A stretch of 64,000 nt of DNA from the NCBI RefSeq assembly GCF_001194135.2, contig NC_068981.1, forward strand, positions 130,079,734-130,143,733, in the 5' to 3' direction. Below are positions 13,401 through 25,053 of this stretch, one piece after another. Made by a program: the position numbers and the translations under genes. Positions within the stretch are counted from its first letter, which is position 1, and every line of letters begins with the position of its first letter. The notes under the pieces are model-generated. The model saw nothing but the letters and a program-made list of their open reading frames with translations. It searched no databases and had not been told where the DNA came from. This DNA is from Octopus bimaculoides. Its lineage: Eukaryota.

Positions 13401-15039
13401 AATTTTCAGACCAACAAGCAAGCTTCATAAAAACAAAACAAGAGGTTAATTTCTTGATAAGTTAAAACTACAAACTGAATGAGTTGCTTTCAGCTCATTT
13501 ACATTGCAAATATTTCCACTCTTTTTTAAAGATTTATGTCAGTCTCATTTCATTCTGTCATAAAATTTTGGTAGTGTGTCTCAATAAGAAATCCAATTTA
13601 GGAATGCTATTTAAATGATAACTATAAAAGATTTATGCCAAAACCTGATCCATTTTTTTCTGGAATTGCATAAACATCCATTCCACTGTGTTGTAGAGAA
13701 AGAAAAAAAAACTAATGATAAACTGCAAAGAAACACTTCGGTATGATCGTTTTAATATCCACTTTTCCATGCTTGCATGGGTCAGATGGAATTTACTGAG
13801 GCAGATTTTCTATGGCTGGATAGTCTTTGTCATCAACACCCTCATCAGTTTCCAAATAAGGTAAAATTTCCCCGTAACCAGACATGTTTTTGCAGAATAT
13901 TGGAAATGAATGACACTGTTTGTATGACAGTGACACACATTTATAACATGTCAAAGCAAGGAGACAGGGTTCCACACTGTGGGATTGAACTCAAAACCAT
14001 ATGGTTGGAAAGGAAACTTCTCCACCACACAACCACGAGAAAACACTATCTTTTATGCTCTATTACAAGAATAAGTTTTCCATGTTAATTATAATAATGT
14101 ATTGGCAGAATCATTAATACTTTGCGGGTTTGTTCCAGCTGTCTGTGCTTCAAGTTCAAATCCTATCAAGGTCAACTTACCTATTCATCCTTGCAGAGCA
14201 GATAAATAGAGTGCTAGTCCAGGGTTGAGGATTAATTGTATTGTTAGTATACCTTGTATTATCTCTACTGGCTCTTTGCATTCTGAGTTCAAACTGTGAT
14301 CACAATTAATTATGAAAGCTACAATGGGTAGAGGAAGATTATGGTTGTAGGTTACTGGAGTTGAACAATAATAATGCTAATTATGTTAATTTATTTATTC
14401 TATAAACAGTTCTACTTTTCTATGCCCTCCAGTGTATACCCTTGTATGTTTACTTTGTGGCTCTCTCAACACTAGTTTGGCAAATATGAAGACCATGCTG
14501 CTCTTGTCTCTCATATATGCCAAAATCAAATCTTTATAGCAAAATTAGTCATCTACTAATATTGTTTTTTTTTTTCTCTTCCTTGTGAACATCATTTTAA
14601 TGTCTGCTTTCTCCATGCTGGCACCAAATGGGCAAAACTTTATGAGGCAATATTCTATCAGTGAATGCCTTTACTTGAAAACAGTTAATATTTGATTATA
14701 GAAAAGTATTTGCATTTCACTGATCTTCTCATATCAAAATCAATGAAATCACCAAGCTACAAAATGTGTTTAAAAATGTAAAAGTCACTATCACCTACAA
14801 CAGTGTCAATGTGAAAACAAGCAGAAATAGACTTACGTACACACAGATACTAGTCAGTCGATCCAGTAGGTGGAGCCTCACTTCAATGATGGGAGCTGAT
14901 GTGCTGTAAAGTCATTGAGAGGAAGGCCACAAAACAGAGCCTGTTTTCTTCTGATAACTCCTGAAACTTACAGACATCTGGTATGCAAAGCTTTTGATTA
15001 GCATCAATTGCACAAGCAAGCTATATATGCATGAATGTG

Positions 15040-15198
15040 CACTAGCATAGCTAGAGTGTGTGCTGCTCGGGGCAGCCCTTTAGTTTGCTGCCTCCGGACC
15101 CTACAAAAAACATATTGCCTACAGCAGACCCCAAAGTGGAGCCCCTTTAAAAGTGCTGCCCAGGGCAAACTGCCCCCTACCCCCCTGCTATGCTAGTG
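15040..15198. mobile_element. 159-bp GC-rich MITE
   Basis: Perfect 12-bp TIR CACTAGCATAGC (15040-15051) / GCTATGCTAGTG (15187-15198). Confidence 0.7.
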
Positions 15199-16309
15199 TG
15201 CATGTGCACGCACACACACACATATATTCTTTTACATTTTTTTCCAGTCACTGGACTGCAGCTATGCTGAGGCACTTCTTAGTCAATGAAATTTACCCCA
15301 CATTATATTTTCTAAATTTGACATTTATAATACCAGTCTCTTATCAGCTATTTTAAAATTATTTCAGTAGAAACAAATACACACACACACATTTGTTCAT
15401 TTCTTATTACATCATTTTACAGCTACATGCCTTTCCTGTCACTCTAGTAACCCTTTTGTTACCAAAATCCTGTTGAAATACACTGCTTTTGTTTCAATTG
15501 ATTTTGATGATAATGAAGAATTTGGTAAGATAATTATCATTATTAAGCTGATGTTTGGAACAAAAATTAACATGAGATTTTACTAGAAGGTTTTAATTTA
15601 GCTCACTTTAAAGCAAGAAGTTTGTATCACAGAATCAAGGGTGGCCTAAAGAGGGTCAGTATCAAAAGGGTTAAAATAAGAAATATCTCATTCTACATGT
15701 CTTTGAAGGAGAAAAACCTCCAGATCACCTGTTCACAGGAGGAAATGACAGCAACATCACCACCTGTAACAGTGCTTCTTGTAGAGTGTAAGCAAAGATT
15801 CACACACACACACAAAATAGTAGGCTTCTTTCAGTTTCTGTCCATCAGATCCACTCAAGGTGCTGTGTAGTGGGACTGGACCTGAAACCACATGTACCTA
15901 TCAACATTTTTAATGAAGAGTACATTAACTAGTTAAAAATAAAAATGTATAGTGAAAAGAGCAGGGAATAACATCAGTCAATGACAAATGCTATTTTTAA
16001 ATTTTCAGCAAATGTGGGCAACAATGTCATATGTTTCATATTTATTATGACTTCATTAAAAAGCAAAACATTCATTGAACTTAAGTAGTGATGAAAAAAC
16101 TAGGGAACCAAATTACTCTTAACTCACACATTACTGCCTTCAGAAGACACTTTGGAGAATGTGTCTACCTCTAAAAAGAGGAGATGGCCATGGCTGAAAT
16201 ACCTTTGATCATAGACATGCTTGATCAGGGCTGACAACAATTGTAAATGTATGTATGATTGATCAGAAACTGTACATCACAAAGTAAAGGATGAAGATCC
16301 CCTTCAATT

Positions 16310-16622
16310 ATAAATGATCACGAGATTGCACCTAGAAAGTTTCCCTCCAAAGCACATTCAGGCAAGGTTGTTTATGGAAAACCAACAGTTGTCTGTGCAT
16401 ACCAGCCTCCCGTCTCCATGCTACCAATGTATCCAAGGGAAAGGCAAAGGCTAATACAGCTTGGCACCAGTGACATCACAACTCATTTCCACAGTTGAGT
16501 GAACTGGAGCAATGTGAAATACAGCGTCTTGCTCAAGAACACAACACACACCCCAGTCCAGGAATTGAACTCACTACCTTATGATTGTGAGTGATGTTCT
16601 AAGCACTGAGTCCTGCACCACA
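16310..16622 (-). mobile_element. tRNA-derived SINE family C
   Basis: cacctagaaagtt...gtcttgctcaagaacac...gaactcac. Other copies at about 31310-31628, 33320-33487 (internally deleted), 35758-36065 and 45430-45727. Confidence 0.8.
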
Positions 16623-17081
16623 CATTAATAGGTTGTTTGTCATACTGAGAATTAGTTTCTTGGCTGTTTAACCCCTTTGATACCAACCCACCTGGGACCA
16701 CCTTTGGTTCTAAGATGCTTAATTCCTGTTTAAAGATGATCCCAATTAAAACTTTCTGTTAAAATTTCAAGTAAATTTATGTTCCAAACAACAGCTTAAT
16801 AATAACAAATTTATTTTACAAAATTCTTCATTATTTTCAAAATCAAATAAAACAAAGACAATATATTTCAACAGAAATATGATAACAAAATAGTTAAACA
16901 ACAGGACGGAAGTGTGACAGAAACTGAAGTGGTAAGTAAATGATTTATGGTGTTTAAATAGATTTCTTTACATTCTGAACTGAAATTATAACTTTTCTGG
17001 TATCAAATAATTATGACAGCAAGTAAATACTGGGATTTATTCATTTTGCTAGATCTCACACCTAGAATGTTTGACCGTGTG

Positions 17082-17344
17082 CAGTGTTTCTCAACCACTT
17101 CCTGTCTGTGAACCTCTTTGATTCCTATTTTTACTCTGCTGGACCTTCAATAGCCATTTGCCATATATTTTAAGAAAAGGCCTACTCTATTTTCATAATT
17201 AAATACTATTAAGAATTATTTAAAAAAAATAAAGATATTGTGTGTGTAGAAGTATAACCAGTTTATTGCCCATAAATTTCATCAACAAAATCTTATGTGG
17301 TCTACCAAGGGCCATATGGACCCTGACCTAGTGAGAAAACATTG
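17082..17344. mobile_element. Non-autonomous hAT (Charlie-like) element
   Basis: Ends cagtgtttctcaac ... gtgagaaaacattg. A related right end (ggaccccaagtagagaaccactg) lies at about 20130-20155. Confidence 0.6.
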
Positions 17345-17345
17345 T

Positions 17346-17643
17346 TTAACCCATTACCTCCCATAATTCTATTAACTGGAATTTTTTTAATGAAATTTTG
17401 ATTTCTAGCATAAAACAGCCTTAGAAACACGCTGGAATGATCAAAATAACATTTCAAAATAATATTTTAAATAGAAATAAGCGAGATATTGGGTGAAAAA
17501 TTAGCAAACCTCATTTGAATATCAGAAATATACCTAGTAGATGTAGCAAAAAGGTTAGATATGTGTAAATATTGACAGATAATTACGAAATTTGTAATTT
17601 TTAAGTGATCTCATAATAAGATCACTGGTAGGTAATGGGTTAA
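17346..17643. mobile_element. piggyBac-like MITE with TTAA duplication
   Basis: TTAA-CCCATTACCT ... AGGTAATGGG-TTAA; perfect 10-bp TIR inside the TTAA sites. Confidence 0.8.
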
Positions 17644-18424
17644 GGTGAGCCAATGAATGAGCCATGATATAGTCAATTTAGTAGAAATAGTAGTTAAATC
17701 TCCCTCAAATCACATCCTACTGTCTTAAAAGCTCAACAGATACCTTGGATAATCTAGTCCTAGATGTATTATAACTGAAAAACAAAGATAGTATTATGAC
17801 TAGAATAGTTTTGATTGTAGGTCTGTTTAATCAAGGTTAGCATAGAATAATTATTGCTTAAGAGGATGAATAATTGGAATAAAAGAAAGAATAAATTTCT
17901 TTTATTAAGTGAAATAATTAGGTAATATCATAATGGTTAGTCCACATTACTCTGTAAGGAACATAGGGCCAGTTTCCCAGGTGTATATATTTCTCCCTGG
18001 ACGAGAGGCTAGTCTATTGCAAGATTACTCATTTTTACCAGTTGGGTGGACTGGAACAACGGGAAATGAAATGTTTTGCTCAAGATATCAAATCATCACT
18101 TTTTAAACTACCATAGCACTTAAAACATATTCACACCATATATACACCAGCGTTATTAATATGGCAACATGTGGCTTAGTGGTTCAAGTGCTGCACTAAA
18201 GATTATGATTTCAGTTCCTGGACCAGGCAATGTATTGTGTTGTTAAGCAAGATACTTCATTTCACATTGTTCCAGTCTGCTCAGCTGGCAAAAATGAGTA
18301 ATTATGCAATGGACCAGTGTCCAATCAAGGAAAGGAGGGGTATATATGCCACAGAATCTGGGAAACCAGCTTTATGAACCTATGGCTCAAGGACCTTTGG
18401 TCCATTTAAAAAAAAAATTTTTTA

Positions 18425-18534
18425 TCGTTATAATGAATGCAGTCATTAAAAAGTGATGAATTTAATGCATTCAAGATTTCACAGCTCTAGTTCACTCCTT
18501 GGTCGGCCTATGAATTTTTCAGCCCACCCTTGTA
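18425..18534 (-). mobile_element. Mariner 5' terminus fragment
   Basis: Reverse complement tacaagggtgggctgaaaaattcataggccgacc...actagagctgtgaaatcttg matches the fragment at 48038 and the TIR remnant at 19580-19606. Confidence 0.65.
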
Positions 18535-18847
18535 TGTACCTGAGTAACAAATGAAATTTGTAATCAACTGTCCCCCTCTCACAAAGTTTCAGCTCTTGTG
18601 ATGGAAGCTTTGATGGAAGGAGACAGTTGATTACATCTACCCCAGTGCTCAACTGATACTTATTTCATTGACCCCCAAAAGGATGACAGGCAAAGTCGAC
18701 ATCGGTGGAATTTGAACTCAAAACAGAGACAGATGAAATGCCGCTAAGCATTTTGTCAAGCATGCTACCCAGCTAGCTCAGTCAGTAAAGCACAATGTAA
18801 GATTCTCTTTCTTCCTTTTAATGACAATTAACTAACACCAATTCTAT

Positions 18848-19606
18848 TGGCATAATGAAGGTTTCTGCTTGGTGGGCACCATATCTTCTGACACCAGATC
18901 AAAAGCACACCAGGTTGATCACATCACAGAAAAATTTGACATTTTTTGAGGCAGATCCAGCTGGTTTCCTTGAAAATTTTCTAAGACAAGATGAATGTTA
19001 GTTTCATCACTTTGAGCCAGAAACAAAGAGACAATCCATGCAGTGGAAACACCCATCTTTGCCTGCTGCAAAGAAGGTCAAGGTCGTTTCATGTGCAGGG
19101 AATGTGATGGCCTCAGCTTTTGGGATGCAAAAGGCAGTGTTTGACCATTTTCAAAAGGGCTGGCCATCAATGGAGAGTACTGTACCAACTCAGGCATTTA
19201 CGAAAGGCTATCAAGACCAAATGCCCAGGAAAACTGATGAATGGAGTCTTGTCTCATCAGCACAATGTTCCAGTACACAAGTCTTTGGTTTCAAAGGCTG
19301 CTGTGCAAGACTGTGGATTTAAACTGGTTGATCATTATCTCTATTCTCTTGATTTGATCCCATCTGACTTATCTGCTCCCCAACATGCAAAAACACTTGG
19401 CTGCATCAATATCACAGTCATGATAATGTCATGTCTACTGTTGATGACTATTTTGACCAACATGATAAAGGCTTCTTCAGCAATGGAATCCAAACACTGC
19501 AACACCGATGGAAGAAGTGTGTGGGCTGCAAGGATACTATATTGAAAAATAAACCTCATTTAGTCATATTCCATGAAAGTATCTTGGTCAACCTATGAAC
19601 TTTTCA
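18848..19606 (+). pseudogene. Degenerate mariner (DD34D) transposase
   Basis: KVSAWWAPYLLTPDQK (WVPxxL motif), QDEC*FHHFEPETKRQSMQWKH, SHQHNVPVH, HYLYSLDLIPSD (YSPDLAPSD motif). Stops and frameshifts; truncated 3' TIR. Confidence 0.92.
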
Positions 19607-22600
19607 TATTTATCGATTACTTTCATCACCTCTATTGTATCCACCAATTCCTCACTCCTTCCTCACTAGCCACAATATCCAGGCCTTTGTTCCCAGAATG
19701 TTGACTGTCCTGAAATTCCCTTTCTGCATATCCTGCAGTTGTCTATTTGCAACAGTTTAGGTGGAACATTAACATCTGTCTTGTATGAGTCCATGCAAAG
19801 GTCATGGGCACAGCCTTTTCTCTTAACCAAACATAGGAAAAAAATGGGGTATGGTTTGAGGGAAATTTTATTGATATTTCTAGCAGGTCAAGTGACCACA
19901 GGGTAGTGGTCATAAACTTTCTTCCACCAAGTATCTATTTTTATTTAAATTTTTCTACAGACTTCACCAAGCTTTTGAAAGGTCTACCAACTCAATAAGC
20001 CAATTCTTAACAATAAGTTTGGTTTCTGCTTCATCTCTCAAATACAAAGATATATGCAACTGAATGTAACAGTAATTATATGTAACAGTAATTATAAAGC
20101 AGTCTTTTAAAATTTTGAACACATCTTATGGACCCCAAGTAGAGAACCACTGATTTAGGGGTTCTATTTTTGACTTGTAATCCCCACTACTGCAACATGT
20201 TCATAAGTGTTTTGTTAAAGATGACTGTTTCATTATACAAGGGAAACAATCCAACCCTTTCAGTTTCATTTACAGTATTATATTACACCTTGATTATTAA
20301 AGAAAATGTAAACTGACTATCCTTGTCAAATAAAGATACTAATGGGTAAGTTTCACAATGGACTTTGCTGATAACCAGTTATATGCTGTATGTCATAACA
20401 GGAATTTGGCATAACCCTTTAGCATTCAGATTTCTTTGTCAATGTATTGCTTATTTTCATTCAAATTGTTTTGAATTAATCATGCATTGTCTTCTAGCTT
20501 CAAGATTTCAATGACATGTTTGTATATTTTCAGAATGACTTTGTACGGTAGGTGTGATTCATGGGTTTGACAAATGTCTCAATACATTTGTTTAACCCAT
20601 GTTTAACCTGATAAAAAAAAAAACTGATGTAAAAATTCATGGACTTAACTATAATTGTAATAAACTTAACAGATTTCTGTCAAGAAGACATCTAAAACTA
20701 ACATGATGCCAATAAGTTGCCATTGTTTCCAGTCTTTAAAAGTAGTTTAAGTTTTCTAAGTCTAGAAACAGTTGAACAGGTAGCCTTGTGTAAACTGAAT
20801 TGGTTATAAAATACTTAACCCTCCTACTACTACCAAAAGTCCACAGGAAAGACTCTTCATAAGCCAACATGGAAGCATCTTTGTAGTCACTCAACCTGCA
20901 GTCTTCATAATCAAGACAACAACTAATGCATGGAATTACTCACCAAAATATTCCAAACCTCTAACCCCTGGGTGTACTGTCTTCTTACTCTACTTTAGAG
21001 CTATGACATTAATCTCTGCTTCTCAGATCTGGTTGATCTTATACCACTTCCACTCAGGTACTTCCAATTCATTTACCTCTGCCTTTCTCATCCTCCATAT
21101 TCTGACCTCTTCACAAATGTCACTAGCCATTTTGCCTAGTTCTTTTTATTCCCAGAACATCAACCTTTTGAAATATCTTCCCAACATTTGTTTTTCTTTT
21201 CTTTTTCATTTTTTTTTTTTAAATTTTTTTTCTCTGCTGTTACCTACATGCAACTGTTCAAGAGGAACATAAACTAGATTTATCTCGCTGGTCTCAGAAG
21301 GCCTATGAAGTTTGTGAAAACTGCTCCTTCTTCCAGACAAACCAATTAATTACAAAAAATTTGAAAGAAAGAGAAATAATGAGGAAAATATTGACAGAAA
21401 TGGTTGAGTGTTAAACCAAATATCTTAGCATTGCGATATAAGTGTAATCCATAGCCCAGCTTGACATCACCATCTGGTACGACGGGTGCCTTTAGTGGAG
21501 TGTGTTCTGTTGCAAACTTTCAGGTCAGGTTTCTGGTTTGGTACTTTCCTCTTTCCCACCCACCAGTCTCAAAGGACCTTCCCTCCTGACTAAAAGAGTT
21601 AAGAAAAAAAAAATGAAATATTGTCATTTCATTCCTTTGTAGTCTGAATTCAAAATCTTACCAATCTTTTGCATGTAGCCTACCAAATGGTCAATAGACT
21701 CAGCATCAGAAATATACTGAGGTTGATTCTGTTGACCACATCTCATGCCTAAGGAAAATAAGTCAATATCCTCCCCCACCCCCACCACACACAGAGTTTC
21801 TGGTGGTTGTTGTTTAACCTCAGGTCTGCCATCATCAAGCAGGTCTATGATCAAAGGCATTCCATCCATGGCCACTTTAGAATTATGTAGGACTACGTTC
21901 ATCACTGTCTTATTCTAAAGACAAAAGTGTGTGTTTTAAGGGAAATTTGGTTGCTAGTTCTAGCAGGTTAGCAATTACATATCTTTTAGTTTGTTACCTC
22001 AGTTCATCCAACCTTAAATTGTTTCTCTTTGAAACAACAGTTTCTTATTTATGAAATGCTTTGGAAATTTGACCCAACATAACATTAGTATAAACAACTT
22101 TTCCCAAAGACTAATAAGTATTCTTTAACTAGGTAAACTGAGACATATACAATCTGTTTTGTCTATGGAGAGGAAAAAATACTTTGGCGAGATTAACTCA
22201 AGATCCACAAGTTAACAGTATGCTGCCTCATCCTCTAAGCCATATCTAATTGTTATCAAATGGATACTAGTATGGCAGTGTGTCTTATATGTTCACTTTG
22301 CGACTACATGGTTCCATGTTAGAACTCGGTGGGTGACACATTCTCTAAGTGTCTTTTACTATAGCCGTAAGTTGACTAGTACTTTCTTGGTGGAATTTAG
22401 TAGTCGGAAACTGAGAAAGTTGAGTCATATGTGAGTGTCTGTCAGTCTGTTCTGAAATGCATCTGTTCAATCAGATGCTGGACATGAGACTAAACAACAA
22501 CTGCAGATATGTGGGGACATGGAAGTACATGCATGGATACTTATTTTCTTTAGGTGTGAGCTGTAGTCAACAGCATCAATCTAAGTATAATACAGATGCT

Positions 22601-23145
22601 AGAAAACTAATGACATTCCTCTGTCAGTCTCACCATCAGAAGTTTTGTGAACTAGTGATTGACCCATCGGAAACCAATGATGTGATTTTACACAAATTGT
22701 TATGTAAATATAATAAAATTAGAATAAACTAATGTGTCATTCATCACTTAGAATAATAAAACAAATGACTTTTTACATAAGCATAAGATTGAAAGTTATG
22801 TAAGAGGAAGAGGGGACAATAACTTAATCAACTGAATCTGCTACTTATCAGCCTACATGTGTGACTACAAAAAAATAGGTGTTGATCATCATCATCATGT
22901 TGATGGCAGTGGTATTTGAACTTAGAACAAGACTAAATGCTACACAGCATTTGATGATACTATAGTTTCTGTGTTAAATTAGGAAATAAATACTCAAGTA
23001 TATTATGATTAGATGGGAAGGATCAACAAGACAAATGACTAATTGTCATCATTTGAGGAAAATGTATTCAGAGACAAAGAGGAACAAACCATACAAAACA
23101 TATTTAACTATAAAAGGGAAATTTCGAAAGCAAATCTCAAAACTA

Positions 23146-23261
23146 TGAAATTTATGTAAGGAATTGTTCAACAGTGAAATTTATGCAAGAAATGGCTTAG
23201 CAGTGAAATTTATGGAAGAAACAGTTTAACAATGAAATTTATGTAAGGAGTGGACTTAAGT
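23146..23261. repeat. Four 29-bp tandem units beginning TGAAATTTATG
   Basis: Unit starts at 23146, 23175, 23204 and 23233 (exact 29-bp period). Confidence 0.9.
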
Positions 23262-23305
23262 AAGGAATAGCTTACCAACAAAGAAGATATCAGCAGGAAG
23301 CTTAC

Positions 23306-23387
23306 CCAACCATGATTTCTTTGGATGAAGATTTAAATGCTGCAGACATTCTATTGATACAGAGGGCAGTTCTTCAGTTGAATTCAT
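23306..23387 (-). CDS. Candidate first coding exon MNSTEELPSVSIECLQHLNLHPKKSWL(G)
   Basis: 27 open codons plus G|gtaagc at 23305. A second in-frame phase-1 donor G|gtaagc lies at 23275. CCAAT motifs upstream. Weak Kozak context, and an alternative ATG (23349) gives phase 2. Confidence 0.4.
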
Positions 23388-23633
23388 AAGTTATTGTTCC
23401 TTCTTTTTGTAGTGTTATTTTTGTTGTTTTATTTTGGTAGTTACTGTTGTTTTATTTTGGTACTGTTACTGTTGTTTAGTAGTAGATGTTGTCGAAGGAG
23501 GGGGGATAAAGTTAGATTATTTAAAAAAAACAAAACAAAAAAAAAAACAGAGTTTTGAGAGATATAGATGGTGTCGGGATTAACAGGATGATTGAATGAT
23601 AGTTATCATTTTAGAAAGCATTTTCCTGGCAGG

Positions 23634-23703
23634 AGCCAATCACATTTTCAGAACACAGTCAAATACTGATAACCTACTACATATTAACTGAAGTTAACCA
23701 ATC
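23634..23703. promoter_or_regulatory. Two CCAAT-box motifs upstream of the candidate exon
   Basis: gagCCAATcac (about 23636) and aaCCAATcat (about 23698) in repeat-free sequence. Confidence 0.25.
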
Positions 23704-24421
23704 ATTTAAATAAAAATAACACAGCTAAAAAAAGCATCTTTCTTCTGTTAGTACTTCAACTCCATCAAACTGGAAATGATATTTTCTTATATTTTCCTCC
23801 ATTTAAAGAAAGAAAGCAGAAATGATTAAATTATCCATAACAACATATTTCTACTTAAAGGAAGAAACATCAAGCCTGATGTATAAACATATACTGTCAG
23901 GTGTTTTGCTTAAATTAACAGAGTATCTTAAGGTTCAATGATCATTGTTGATTATAAAGCTGATAGGAACAGTTTATTAAGAGGAAAGGTTATAGCTTTC
24001 AAACATTAATTTCTTGTGTTTTACATATATTGATTTCTTACATTGCCATAAGGGCATAAATATTTAAAAGAGAATCAATCAAGAGTCAATCAAATTGACT
24101 CTTCAGTATATTTTACTGGTATAGTAAGACAACAGGGTAAGGTTGTTAGTAGGAGAGGTTAGGAAGTGAAAGGAATAGGGTGAGATACAGTAACCGAATA
24201 AGTTAAAAGAAGTTAAAAACAAGAAAAGGTGAAATTTATTTTTGTTATATAGAAAAAATTAGAAACTCAAAAAAAATTACATAAAGGAAAGTTTAAGAAG
24301 CCCAACAAAACTTTCTCTAGGACAATTCACAAACTCACAAAACATCTCAAAAGTTTTGAAGTCATGACATTTTAAAGTGTCAAAAGTTTCAGAGGCTTCA
24401 AAAAGGTAATGGATGCTTATA

Positions 24422-24426
24422 TGAGA

Positions 24427-24458
<32 letters not shown>

Positions 24459-24585
24459 TAGAGAGAGAAATAGACAGACAAGTAGGTAGGTAGATTGATA
24501 GATGGATAGCTAGAAAGAAAGAAAGAAAGACAGACAGAAAGGAAGAAAGAAAAAGAGAAAGAAAGAGAGAAAGAAAAAAGAAAGA
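24422..24585. repeat. Compound purine-rich microsatellite (GA/GATA/GAAA)
   Basis: Direct inspection. Confidence 0.95.
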
Positions 24586-24603
24586 ACCTACATTTGGCGT
24601 GTA

Positions 24604-25020
24604 NNNNNNNNNNNNNNNNNNNNNNNNNNNNNNNNNNNNNNNNNNNNNNNNNNNNNNNNNNNNNNNNNNNNNNNNNNNNNNNNNNNNNNNNNNNNNNNNN
24701 NNNNNNNNNNNNNNNNNNNNNNNNNNNNNNNNNNNNNNNNNNNNNNNNNNNNNNNNNNNNNNNNNNNNNNNNNNNNNNNNNNNNNNNNNNNNNNNNNNNN
24801 NNNNNNNNNNNNNNNNNNNNNNNNNNNNNNNNNNNNNNNNNNNNNNNNNNNNNNNNNNNNNNNNNNNNNNNNNNNNNNNNNNNNNNNNNNNNNNNNNNNN
24901 NNNNNNNNNNNNNNNNNNNNNNNNNNNNNNNNNNNNNNNNNNNNNNNNNNNNNNNNNNNNNNNNNNNNNNNNNNNNNNNNNNNNNNNNNNNNNNNNNNNN
25001 NNNNNNNNNNNNNNNNNNNN
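24604..25020. other. Assembly gap (N)
   Basis: N run flanked by (TA)n. Confidence 1.
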
Positions 25021-25053
<33 letters not shown>

